Shown here one piece after another: positions 46,574 to 55,807 of a stretch of 64,000 nucleotides of DNA. The DNA is from a bacterium (GTDB lineage Bacteria > Patescibacteriota > Microgenomatia > UBA1406 > GWC2-37-13), in contig JAZDOY010000034.1 of NCBI GenBank assembly GCA_043798165.1, forward strand, positions 17,778-81,777, in the 5' to 3' direction. The notes beneath the pieces are model-generated. The model saw only the letters and a program-made list of their open reading frames with translations. It made no database searches and was not told the DNA's origin. The stretch's first letter is position 1; every line of letters starts with the position of its first letter. The translations under genes and the position numbers were made by a program.

Positions 46574-48016
46574 TTAGGAAGAAAACAATTGATTTTTGAG
46601 TCTATCCATTGTCTGTGGGGAGCGTTTTAGGATTTGTTCCAGCGAAACAACGCCCAATGAAAATCTCATGTGGTTGTGTTGATCTCCAAACACAGATCCC
46701 GGTACGCCAAAAATACCCAAATCCTTTGCTACGTTGACAAGTGCAGATATACCTTCCTGTAGTTCGATATAGAGGTAGAGCGGATTATCCATTTCGATGG
46801 TTCCGTCCCCTTCTTCATGAAAGCCGGGGATAGAAAGGCTCTCAAGGTTCTTGAAGTATTTGTGTGTGGGGTCAAGGTCACGCAACACTTCAAGAAGTGC
46901 ATATTGCCGAGTACGAAGAAGAAGTGTGTAGTCTGCCAGTACGCCAGGTGTTACAACCTTATTTAATACTTGAAACCACACATCGGTTTTCCAACCAAAT
47001 GACGAATAATTACGAATAGTATCATTTTGAAATGCCGTTTGGAGCGATTTGTTTTCTGGAATAATGGCTGCTCCAAAACGTAATGCAGGCTCTGCAAAAT
47101 GTTTTGATTCAGAAAGGGCAAATATCGACTGGGAATATGCGCCTGTCTCCTTGATTACCCGGAGAAGCTCACCTGATCGTTTCTGAGGGATCATCGCCAT
47201 GTATGCCATGTCGAATATAAAAATCACATCGGGATTTTTTTGTTTAAGAAGAGTTAATACTTCACGCAAATTCTGTGGTTCATATGACTTAGCTGTTGGG
47301 TTTTCTGCAGGAGTAAGTAATACAATGTCCGGCGTGTGACCGCCCTCTGCAAAATAACGTTTGATTGCATAACCGTTGATTTGTTGCCCGGGCATATCAC
47401 CCGTTTTAACCAGTTCAACCTTCAGGCCATGATCGGTTGCACAGCTTGTTGCCATAGGGAAACACACTTCAGGAGACAACAAAGTACCGTCTCTTCCTCG
47501 TATCATGGTATGGAGCGCACGAAATGTACGGGCAAGGGCCCCCATCCCTCCATCAGTGAGCCACACATCGTCAATGGATGTTGTCTCAATTCCCATAGCG
47601 GACCCTTCCATCCGTATAAGTTCTCTACTTTCTGCAGTGCCTCGCGCTTGCGAATCATACCCAAAAATATTTATTCCCCTCTTTTTATAGTCCAGCAATA
47701 ATTCTCTTTCGATACGTTGCCCTTCCAGAAATAATTCAGAGGATGCATCAAGAAGAAGATCCGACTCAAGATGTCCGAATCGTTTTTTCTCTATGTGGTC
47801 TTGGGATGAAAGGCGTGGATCGATGTCTCCAATGGTCCCTGCCATAATAAAATCATCAGGGTTCAGCTTTTCACGCACAAGGGCAGACTTAATTTCATTT
47901 GCCGCATGGCTAATGCCCCGAAGCGCATTTGGAAATTCTCCCGTCGCAAGTTTATGAATTGTACTGTCAACGATTGTCGATACAATTTGTTTTCCTTGCT
48001 CAATGGGTGTTGCCAT
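46574..48016 (-). CDS. PLP-dependent aminotransferase, class I/II fold
   Basis: Has PAENPTAKSY (NPTG-like), FDMAYMAM, and the PLP-Lys block SESKHFAEPALRFGAAI. Confidence 0.7.
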   Translation of the reverse strand: MATPIEQGKQIVSTIVDSTIHKLATGEFPNALRGISHAANEIKSALVREKLNPDDFIMAGTIGDIDPRLSSQDHIEKKRFGHLESDLLLDASSELFLEGQRIERELLLDYKKRGINIFGYDSQARGTAESRELIRMEGSAMGIETTSIDDVWLTDGGMGALARTFRALHTMIRGRDGTLLSPEVCFPMATSCATDHGLKVELVKTGDMPGQQINGYAIKRYFAEGGHTPDIVLLTPAENPTAKSYEPQNLREVLTLLKQKNPDVIFIFDMAYMAMIPQKRSGELLRVIKETGAYSQSIFALSESKHFAEPALRFGAAIIPENKSLQTAFQNDTIRNYSSFGWKTDVWFQVLNKVVTPGVLADYTLLLRTRQYALLEVLRDLDPTHKYFKNLESLSIPGFHEEGDGTIEMDNPLYLYIELQEGISALVNVAKDLGIFGVPGSVFGDQHNHMRFSLGVVSLEQILKRSPQTMDRLKNQLFSS

Positions 48017-48669
48017 TAATTGAGCTTTTGTAATAATTGTGAAAGATTTTGCGCTGTCATGCTGTCCAATTTTTCTCCGTCTAAATAAAAAGTGGGCGTC
48101 GAGTTTATTCCAAGCTTCTCCCCAATTGATAAATCATTCTGAATGAGGCCTTGCAAAGACCCATCCTTCATATCTGCAATAAATTTATTAGTATCAAGTT
48201 TGAGATCTTTTGCAACTATAAGGAGGTAGGAATCAAGATCTTTTATGCTCTCAAGTTCCACTTGGTCAGCAAAGAATCGTTTGGCAATATCTTCAAACTT
48301 ACCCTGGCGTGCAGCTGCCTCCGCAGCATATGCGAGAGAAAAAGCATGTTCGTGTATCTGATAGAGGGGAAAATATCGGAATACAAATGCCACCTTTTTG
48401 GTAACCGGAAAAGTGGGACTTGAAGTGGCTTCAAAGGAGGTAAGATATTCATGAAACACTTTACACGTCGGACACTGAAAATCACTAAAGACGGTAAGTG
48501 TATGAGCTCCTTCCCCATTCCACAAAGTGCGTTCTTTTGGTCTTTCTGTTTTTATTGATGCGATAAGAGCCTCATCTGGTCCCGCGCCGAGAAGTTTATA
48601 TACGCCATACAATCCGCCAAAAAGTACAACAACTGCAAGGGTTAAAAATATAATTTGATTTTTATTCAT
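48016..48669 (-). CDS. DsbA-family thiol:disulfide oxidoreductase, membrane-anchored
   Basis: Has an N-terminal TM helix and the thioredoxin active site FSDFQCPTCKVFH. Its stop overlaps the start of the aminotransferase by 1 nt. Confidence 0.8.
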   Translation of the reverse strand: MNKNQIIFLTLAVVVLFGGLYGVYKLLGAGPDEALIASIKTERPKERTLWNGEGAHTLTVFSDFQCPTCKVFHEYLTSFEATSSPTFPVTKKVAFVFRYFPLYQIHEHAFSLAYAAEAAARQGKFEDIAKRFFADQVELESIKDLDSYLLIVAKDLKLDTNKFIADMKDGSLQGLIQNDLSIGEKLGINSTPTFYLDGEKLDSMTAQNLSQLLQKLN

Positions 48670-49632
48670 AGATCATGAGTATATACCATCAATTATATAA
48701 AATCTACAAAGCCGATAAAATAATGATGAAAGATAGGACACATACCATATAAATAGTGTCTTGCGAGAAACATAAACACTAAAAAAAAGAAGTGAGAAAA
48801 AACTCATATAAGAGCAGTATAAATATAACAAGTATAGACTGCCCTTACAAGCTAATTCAATAAAAATATGTGATTTATCACATCCATTTTATAGGTAAAC
48901 TTATAGTTTTAGAGGCGTCAACCTTAATGTATATAGGTAGATAAAAATTCAAAATAACTTGTCCTGACAGCCTAGAAGAAAACAAAGCGGCAACTAGCAG
49001 TCACTAAGGTGGTTTGCTAACCATACTATAGGACAAACATACACACTCCATATACACAACAACCGTTCCCCTCCTCTCTGATTGTATGATCCTATTCTTT
49101 TCATGGTAAAGCATATAATTGCACAATGCAAGAAGTATTTACATACTGTAAACTACAATACACCAACAATTGAAATGTTTTCCATAAATAGTGTGTCAAT
49201 GTAATATAGCTATATAGAGCATATAGACAAGAGAAGATAAATTTCCATTCTTTCTTAGAAAGAAACAATTATTATTAATTTCTTTCCATCTTTGGATAAC
49301 GTGCAATAGTAGTGACCCATCGATAAGCGGTATTATAAATAGTTTGGAACGGATGAAGTTAAATACCCCAACATTGATTGAAATAAAAGTTAAGAAATCT
49401 TTCACTCGTTTTCATTCTCTCCTTACTTATATCTATGTCAAATAGTATGCAGATAGACACATTATAAAGTAATGGGGCCGAGTGAGAGAAACAGTGATAT
49501 AGTACTTGAAAAATTCACAAGAAAACTAAAGAGACACCGTTCTCCCACTCTCTCTTAGCATATATGAAAAATGTAAATGCAAAGTCAACAAGCAATAACC
49601 AAATAAAGATTGTCACAAAGCCCTAAATAAAA

Positions 49633-50661
49633 TCAATACTCTGCAGAATAAGAATCAATGAGGTAAGATCCCTGAAGGAAAAGTTGTATCCGATTTTTGT
49701 ACGAAGAAACAACCGATCCACACGACTCAAAATCTACTCCATTATTTGAAAGAGAATAGGCAACTTTATTGCCCTGTACTTCTGCCTTGATAAAGACATA
49801 CAAGTCATCTTTTCCAGAAGCTGTTTGCAAAACCTTTGTTGTGGGTGCATTGTTATTTTTATACAAAATGCATTCATTCATGTGCTTTCCCGTCAGTTTC
49901 AAAGAAGTGGTATTTAACGATAATCGTATTTCTTTGGCATGTTCAGGGATGAGAGAAATTATGACAGATCCTCTCCGCAAGAAAGAAGGGGTAGTGAGGG
50001 TGTAGCTTTCCAGTTCAGGGGACGTGGAGAATAAGTAGGTCCGATCCCCTATTGTCCGCAAGCTCAGCGATTGATTGTGTGTAGAAAAAATATCCGAACC
50101 ATAAATGGTAGTGTTTTCTATCCAAAAGCGATCAAGATTAATCTCGGCAATCGCTTGCGGCTTAGATTTAATTGAAAATGATCTACTTGTAATTTTTTTC
50201 CAGTTAGGTATTGCCACTGGGATACGATTCCATCCGACATGCATCAAAGAAGTAAATGTATATTCCATTTTTTGATCCTTTTCTCCAATGAGATTAAGAG
50301 TGAATGATACAAGCGATGAAAGATTTTGTTTGCCAGGGACATACACACTCAAATACCCATCAACATAACCCGGTGGAAGTATTGTGACCTGATCGCTCTG
50401 AATGCTGTTTTCTTTTCCATACCAGGAGCTGAGTGTAATACTTGTCTTTCCTTCCAAAACACGTTCAGAATCATATGAATAATTTCCCTGCCACTTTTCA
50501 CTTTCTTCAAAACCTGAAAGCTCAATCGTTTTATTATTGCTGTAGTGTTTTGAAAAATCGATGGAAATAAATTGTTTTCGTTGTTCAAGAACAAATATAC
50601 ATATCGCAAGGACGAAAAGGAGGATTCCCACCTGAAATAGTATTTTCTTGTAACGGTTCAT
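49633..50661 (-). CDS. membrane-anchored extracytoplasmic protein, hypothetical
   Basis: Long ORF. The start was set to MNRYKKILFQVGILLFVLAICIFVL (basic N-terminus plus TM helix). A beta-rich extracellular part is predicted by composition only. Confidence 0.5.
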   Translation of the reverse strand: MNRYKKILFQVGILLFVLAICIFVLEQRKQFISIDFSKHYSNNKTIELSGFEESEKWQGNYSYDSERVLEGKTSITLSSWYGKENSIQSDQVTILPPGYVDGYLSVYVPGKQNLSSLVSFTLNLIGEKDQKMEYTFTSLMHVGWNRIPVAIPNWKKITSRSFSIKSKPQAIAEINLDRFWIENTTIYGSDIFSTHNQSLSLRTIGDRTYLFSTSPELESYTLTTPSFLRRGSVIISLIPEHAKEIRLSLNTTSLKLTGKHMNECILYKNNNAPTTKVLQTASGKDDLYVFIKAEVQGNKVAYSLSNNGVDFESCGSVVSSYKNRIQLFLQGSYLIDSYSAEY

Positions 50662-50878
50662 ACCCCTAACTGTAGCATAGAAAAAAAAGAAAATCAAAGC
50701 TAATAGATGTTGTCCCCCTCGTTTTTTCACGTCTATTAACGAGAAAAATATTTTTGATGAAACCAAAATATATATGAGAATTCATAACTCATTTTTGCAT
50801 TAAATTTCCTCAGCCCACAATGACAGCGAAACGATAATGTGTAATAATGTACATATATACAAATTACCAATATACAAT

Positions 50879-51217
50879 ATGAACAGAAACGGAAATGGGA
50901 TGGTGATAGGAATTTTAGTAGCGGTGTTAATCCTCGGTATGCTGGGATACCTCGGCACACTTCTTCTTCATCCAGCACCAACAAAAACAATAACACCAAC
51001 TCCTGCGGTAAACAGAGGAGACATAGATAGAAGCGGATCTGCAGATGATGGAGATCGAATGATGATACGAAAACAAATGGGGTGTGTTCAAGGCCAACCC
51101 TGTTGGAATAGTGTTGTGGGAAAGACAAAAGATGGCGATAATCCACTCTATGTTTTTGACCTTGACCTTAATAAAGATGGGTCAATTACTCAAGCCGATA
51201 TTGATCTTGTAAAATAA
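50879..51217 (+). CDS. small membrane-anchored protein with dockerin-like double Ca-binding repeat
   Basis: Has a TM helix (MVIGILVAVLILGMLGYLG) followed by two EF-hand-like loops, GDIDRSGSADDGDRMMI and DLDLNKDGSITQADIDL. The spacing is as in type I dockerins. Confidence 0.45.
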   Translation: MNRNGNGMVIGILVAVLILGMLGYLGTLLLHPAPTKTITPTPAVNRGDIDRSGSADDGDRMMIRKQMGCVQGQPCWNSVVGKTKDGDNPLYVFDLDLNKDGSITQADIDLVK

Positions 51218-51254
51218 CAGAACCATTTACCAGCAGCCATGATGATATTGTATT

Positions 51255-52109
51255 TTATGTGATAATGAATTGGTACAACTTTCGATCCTTTCCTCCCAGA
51301 TCGTACTTGTATCGCTCATTTCCTCGAAGGAAATCCAGTCGTTTTTTCCCATTGGCAATCGCATCTTTGATAAGATATGCAAAAAGCAAGAATCCAGCAC
51401 TATATTGTTTATACCCTGGATCATATCCTGAATTATAGAGTAACAATTCTTCATCATTCTCAAAATAATAGACAACTGCAGCTGGCGTATGTTCTATCTC
51501 TAAAAAAGCAAGCTTCGTATGCCACGAAGGAATTGGCAATGTATACAAATCATAAAAAAATGATTTCATTTTTTCAGACATAAACTGTTTTTTTGAAACA
51601 TCAGATAGTCTGTGCAATTTTACAAACTCCTCAAATGCGTTTAAATTTGTTCTATCGGCATATTGAACCGCATACGGCACAGAGCCGAGCCGTTTTAATT
51701 TTCGTTTTAACTCTTTTCGATCAGTACGTTCAAGCGATTTAAGATATTGTTCCCAAGAATTTGGCAGCATAATAAACGGAGATACTGCCTGCTGTAGTGG
51801 TGCCGCAGATGAGATGTGGGAGAGAATTTGGAATAAGGGTGAATCCTCCCGAACATAGTCAAATTGCACAGAGGTTGCTCCATGCATTTTTTTAAGATTG
51901 TCACAATATTCTTTCACCCTCTCTTTGGACGGGGAGGGTATATCGCCAAAATCAGTAAGTTCCTGTCCGTTGAGGACTGGTTTCATCCCTATAAACACCG
52001 CTCGCTTGTCGGACAAGAGTTCAAAAAAGTCCTCAACCAATTGTGAGGTGTTGGGAATAAAATGACGGACAAATAAACCCCTATATTCTTGTGATTGAAA
52101 AGGATGCAT
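51255..52109 (-). CDS. GNAT-fold acetyltransferase, CelD/BioF2-like
   Basis: The C-terminal block LDFLRGNERYKYDLGG and the overall length match the CelD/FemAB-like GNAT family as I recall it. Confidence 0.6.
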   Translation of the reverse strand: MHPFQSQEYRGLFVRHFIPNTSQLVEDFFELLSDKRAVFIGMKPVLNGQELTDFGDIPSPSKERVKEYCDNLKKMHGATSVQFDYVREDSPLFQILSHISSAAPLQQAVSPFIMLPNSWEQYLKSLERTDRKELKRKLKRLGSVPYAVQYADRTNLNAFEEFVKLHRLSDVSKKQFMSEKMKSFFYDLYTLPIPSWHTKLAFLEIEHTPAAVVYYFENDEELLLYNSGYDPGYKQYSAGFLLFAYLIKDAIANGKKRLDFLRGNERYKYDLGGKDRKLYQFIIT

Positions 52110-52115
52110 ACGATA

Positions 52116-52622
52116 TCATTCAATCTTGACCGGTGTATAAGTTCGTAATGTCAGTTCCTTATCCAGCAAATATAAAGATGTTTTATCGTCTCCCACCATT
52201 TTGATTTTTTCTATTAAGATTGTTGCGTTTGCTTCTTCTTCTACCTGTTCCTTTATATACCATGTGACAAACAATTCCGTCGCATACTCTTTTTCCTCTT
52301 TTGCGTGTTCATATATTTTTTTTATTCGTGCAGTAATGTGTTGTTCATGGGAGAGTGTAGCTTTTGCAATATCGAGTAAGGTTCCAAACGACCCTGCAGG
52401 CTTAGCAAGGGCAAGTAATTCTACCTTTTCTCCCTGGGCAACAAGATGATTGTAAAATCCCATTGCATGATCCACTTCTTCTTTTGCTTGAACAGTAAAC
52501 CAGCTCGCAAACCCAAACAAATTTTTTGAGGAACAATATGCCGCCATGGACAAATATAGGTATGCAGAAAAAAACTCTTCTTGGATTTGTTTATTTAGTT
52601 CTGAGACAACGGTGTTATCCAT
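52116..52622 (-). CDS. ftnA: ferritin (non-haem)
   Basis: 168 aa. It has the ferroxidase-centre pattern LNKQIQEEFFSAYLYLSMA ... EEVDHA ... SHEQHIT. Confidence 0.85.
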   Translation of the reverse strand: MDNTVVSELNKQIQEEFFSAYLYLSMAAYCSSKNLFGFASWFTVQAKEEVDHAMGFYNHLVAQGEKVELLALAKPAGSFGTLLDIAKATLSHEQHITARIKKIYEHAKEEKEYATELFVTWYIKEQVEEEANATILIEKIKMVGDDKTSLYLLDKELTLRTYTPVKIE

Positions 52623-52689
52623 AATAAGAAAAATAATAAACTAATAATAATTACATTATAAAACTATTACAAAATTAATACAAGTTAAA

Positions 52690-53415
52690 TTATAAGGTTC
52701 TTATTTTTTCGTATGCTTCTATAGTTCCAATGTCGTAGTAGTATCCTGTGCCAATATTGAAAGCATATACGGGAGTCTGCTGAATTGCCCACGCAATAAA
52801 ATTCCCCGGGCCGTCTGAATCATTTTTTTGCAGGTAGGAGGAGATAAGAGGTATTTTTTGATGAGGAATAATGTAGAATGGAATTGCCATTAAAGTAGAA
52901 AACGGAGTGGCTGGTTTTTCTGCAAACCGAGTAAGTTTATTTTTTTCAACCTTCATGCATCCAAGCTTATTTCGGATACGTTCAATATCTTTTCCGTCAT
53001 ACACTGCTGTTGTTACATTCTTAAATTGTTTATAAAAACGGATAAAATCTTGCAGTTTTAGAGATGTATAGGTATCGCTTGCAAGAACAAGAATATCGTC
53101 ATCAACTTTTTCTTTTGAAAGAACAAAATGCAGATCTTTGATCGCTCCATTTTTTTGTGATTCATTTGTGACACAATTGTTCCAAACATGAATGTCTATT
53201 TCAGGAAATGCATTGCGTACATGTTTTTGAAAGAGCGGATAAAATTTGTTGTTTGTGACGATGGTAACAACGGTGACTTCTTTCTGTTTTGCAACATCTT
53301 CAATTAAATAGTCCAGAAGAGCCTTCCCTTGTATCGGAAGAAGCGCTTTGGGAAGGTCACGTGTAAGCGGATAGAGTCGTGTAGCAAAGCCCGCTGCAAG
53401 AATAATACAATGCAT
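52690..53415 (-). CDS. sugar-phosphate nucleotidyltransferase
   Basis: Has the N-terminal motif ILAAGFATRLYPLTRDLPKALLPI (GxGxR...K). Confidence 0.8.
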   Translation of the reverse strand: MHCIILAAGFATRLYPLTRDLPKALLPIQGKALLDYLIEDVAKQKEVTVVTIVTNNKFYPLFQKHVRNAFPEIDIHVWNNCVTNESQKNGAIKDLHFVLSKEKVDDDILVLASDTYTSLKLQDFIRFYKQFKNVTTAVYDGKDIERIRNKLGCMKVEKNKLTRFAEKPATPFSTLMAIPFYIIPHQKIPLISSYLQKNDSDGPGNFIAWAIQQTPVYAFNIGTGYYYDIGTIEAYEKIRTL

Positions 53416-53437
53416 AAGACATTATATATAATTAGGT

Positions 53438-53893
53438 ATGATAAAAAAAATTCTCCTCACTCCAGAGGGGTTAAAAGAAAAGGAACAAGAACGGAATAAT
53501 CTGAAAACAACTCGAGTAGAAGCAGTGAAGGAATTACAAACTGCACGAAATATGGGAGATCTATCTGAAAATGGAGCCTATAAAGCTGCACGTTTTCGTC
53601 TTTCAGGTATTGACCGGAGGTTGTGCTATATTGAGGGAGTGTTAAAAAGAGTGGTGGTTGTCGAAAAAAGGACCGATGGATGGGTAGGGATTGGGTCTCA
53701 TATTATGGTGAACGACGGCGTAACTGATTTAGAATTAACAGTAGTCGATAGTCATGAGTCAGACTTTATGAAAGGGAAAATTTCCCTTTATTCTCCTATT
53801 GGGAGGGCATTAATAGGGAGAAAAGCGGGAGAAAAAGTGGAAGTGATTACAATAAAGGGAAAGGTAAGTTATACAGTTATACAGGTACAATAA
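53438..53893 (+). CDS. greA: transcription elongation factor GreA
   Basis: Has the motif GDLSENGAYKAAR and a C-terminal globular domain with ISLYSPIGRALIGRKAGE. Confidence 0.9.
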   Translation: MIKKILLTPEGLKEKEQERNNLKTTRVEAVKELQTARNMGDLSENGAYKAARFRLSGIDRRLCYIEGVLKRVVVVEKRTDGWVGIGSHIMVNDGVTDLELTVVDSHESDFMKGKISLYSPIGRALIGRKAGEKVEVITIKGKVSYTVIQVQ

Positions 53894-53900
53894 CAAACCC

Positions 53901-54012
53901 TAAACTCTAAATCATAAACTCTACACAAATCCTAAATAAAAACTTTTAAATCCCAAAGTATGCTGCTTAGAATTTAGAATTTTGTGTCAATTTGGTTAGG
54001 ATTTAGAGTTTA
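53901..54012. repeat. long AT-rich inverted repeat at convergent junction (probable bidirectional terminator)
   Basis: TAAACTCTAAATC (53901-53913) is perfectly complementary to GATTTAGAGTTTA (54000-54012). The inner pair is ACACAAA (53933-53939) with TTTGTGT (53981-53987). The right arm overlaps the last codons of ORF 53996-54721. Confidence 0.5.
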
Positions 54013-54721
54013 ATATTTTTGATTTCAGCATAAGATATTTTCGTCTTTTTTCCTCTGGAAACCGTTCAATTGCATAACGAAACATTGTTCGTGGCATTGT
54101 TTTGCCAAATTTATTAAGAAATTCATCCTCCTCTTTTTGACCTCCCCTCTTTCCTATTTCCCGCAGCATCCACCCCACTGCCTTTTGGATAAGATCGTGT
54201 TTATCATGCACAAGAATTTTTGCAATTGCAAGAGCTCGGTCAAACTTTCCCCTTTTTATATCTGCAAATGTTGCCAACATTGCAATACGTTTTTTCCATA
54301 AAGAAGCAGATTTGGCGAATATGTACAACGTCGTTATATCTTTATCTGCTAAATAATCCCCTACTATATGAGGCGCAGAAAGATCTATTAAATCCCAATT
54401 ATTTACACACTTTGTATTATGGATATATAGGTCATAAATAACCTTCTTTTGTGTTTTTCCTCCCTTCCTATACTGTTCTATAAGGATGAATAAAGCCATG
54501 AGTCGATATTCATGAATAGGGCTTTGAAGAAGCTTAGTAACGTCGTTTAAGGCAAGAGATACAAATTGCTTTGCAATTTTTCTTTGAATTGGTACCATAA
54601 TGCCTAGAAATACATCTCCTTCGGCATACTCTCCCTTCCCCGTCTTGAAAAACCGCTGAAGGGCCTTTGCTTTTTCAGGATTGGCGTGAGATTGAATTAA
54701 CAAACACAAATCCCTATACAC
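53996..54721 (-). CDS. DNA alkylation repair protein (AlkD/HEAT-repeat type)
   Basis: The length and motifs (NPEKAKALQRFFKTGKGEYAEGDVFLG, NNWDLIDLSA, WKKRIAML) are typical of the DNA_alkylation family. Confidence 0.75.
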   Translation of the reverse strand: MYRDLCLLIQSHANPEKAKALQRFFKTGKGEYAEGDVFLGIMVPIQRKIAKQFVSLALNDVTKLLQSPIHEYRLMALFILIEQYRKGGKTQKKVIYDLYIHNTKCVNNWDLIDLSAPHIVGDYLADKDITTLYIFAKSASLWKKRIAMLATFADIKRGKFDRALAIAKILVHDKHDLIQKAVGWMLREIGKRGGQKEEDEFLNKFGKTMPRTMFRYAIERFPEEKRRKYLMLKSKILNSKS

Positions 54722-54739
54722 AAATGTATATTAATTTTA

Positions 54740-55441
54740 TTAAGGATGAATAATGGTTCCTGTAAATTTTTTACCTTCAATTATTTTATCAATATTTGCA
54801 TGATTTTTGCCGTTAGCAACAATCACGGTTAATCCCAATTCTTTTGCAAGTTTGGTTGCGATTGGATCAAAAGGGAGGTTGAGTCCGGGAGTCCATTTGT
54901 CACCCACAATTTTTTCCATCTCAGTCCAAGTAATATCCTTTATTATTTTTGCATCCTTGCTCATATTGGGATCTTTGTCGTAGACATAATCTATATTGGA
55001 GAGATTAATAATAAGCTTCCCTCCATAATCTCTTGCTAGAACAACAGCATCATAGTCGGTTGACCAGCCTGGTTTCCATCCCGCACCAATGGCTAAAGGT
55101 TGTATCCAATTTTCCAGTTTATGATCATAATTTTCTATTATTCGTGGATGTGCAATATCATATAACATTGTTCGTAGCAAATGTGCATTGACTCTGGTAA
55201 TGTGAATAGCCAACCAATCGAGATCATCATTGGAGATGCCCTTAGTAACGGAAGTTGCAGCATCCCGATAATGCCGCATAATGTTTCCTCCTCCCACAAC
55301 AAGTAAAAACCGTCTCCCTTTCTTTACTTCTTTTCTGATAAAAGAATTAAACGATACTAAAAAACTATGATCTATCCCTCCGTTGGGGACAATTAATGAT
55401 CCGCCAACCGAGATTATGATTATTTTTTCTTTAGAAAACAT
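54740..55441 (-). CDS. pyrH: amino-acid-kinase fold protein, archaeal-type UMP kinase-like
   Basis: Carries IIISVGGSLIVP, VVGGGN and STDYDAVVLA. The start was set to MFSKEK. The pyrH assignment is tentative. Confidence 0.65.
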   Translation of the reverse strand: MFSKEKIIIISVGGSLIVPNGGIDHSFLVSFNSFIRKEVKKGRRFLLVVGGGNIMRHYRDAATSVTKGISNDDLDWLAIHITRVNAHLLRTMLYDIAHPRIIENYDHKLENWIQPLAIGAGWKPGWSTDYDAVVLARDYGGKLIINLSNIDYVYDKDPNMSKDAKIIKDITWTEMEKIVGDKWTPGLNLPFDPIATKLAKELGLTVIVANGKNHANIDKIIEGKKFTGTIIHP

Positions 55442-55721
55442 AATAATAGATAAAAAAAAATCGAGGCTGAACCTCGAGTCTAATAACAACTACACCTTTG
55501 AATAAATTCGTGGGCTAAATTCATATCTTTGCGACACATATTTTTTTAGATACACAATTATATAGATTTTTATTCTCGGAAACAACAACAAAAAAATGGT
55601 CAATTATTAATATTTAATATTTCCATGCCTTTTTGTTTCAAGAAAGCTATACCGCATAGAATACTGTTGCATATAAATACAGTACATTCAATATACAAAG
55701 AGGAAGTATTGTGGTATAATA

Positions 55722-55730
55722 CATATTTGA
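55722..55730 (+). promoter_or_regulatory. extended -10 element (TGgTATAAT) upstream of the HIT/SAHH-like operon
   Basis: The sequence tgGTATAAT is at 55722-55730, 78 nt upstream of the ATG at 55808. No clear -35 was found. Confidence 0.35.
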
Positions 55731-55807
55731 TACATATCTAATACATATGGAAGATAGTGAAACAACAGGTTGTTGGATTTTATAGTTTAAATTAATAAAT
55801 TTAAAAT

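Noticed and set aside
43455-49072. Shared 10-11-mers between the two ORF-free regions, taken as evidence that they are copies of one element. TACTATAGGAC occurs at 43455 and 49024, and CCGTTCCCCT occurs at 43942 and 49063.
   Set aside because: A few exact 10-11-mer matches are expected by chance when two 1-kb regions are compared on both strands. In addition, the order of the matches is not collinear.
49196-49405. 69-aa ORF in the second gap, considered as a real small membrane protein.
   Set aside because: No SD sequence or promoter is evident. The composition simply mirrors AT-rich DNA, and the ORF contains the palindrome at 49248-49264. It is left uncalled and mentioned only in the finding.
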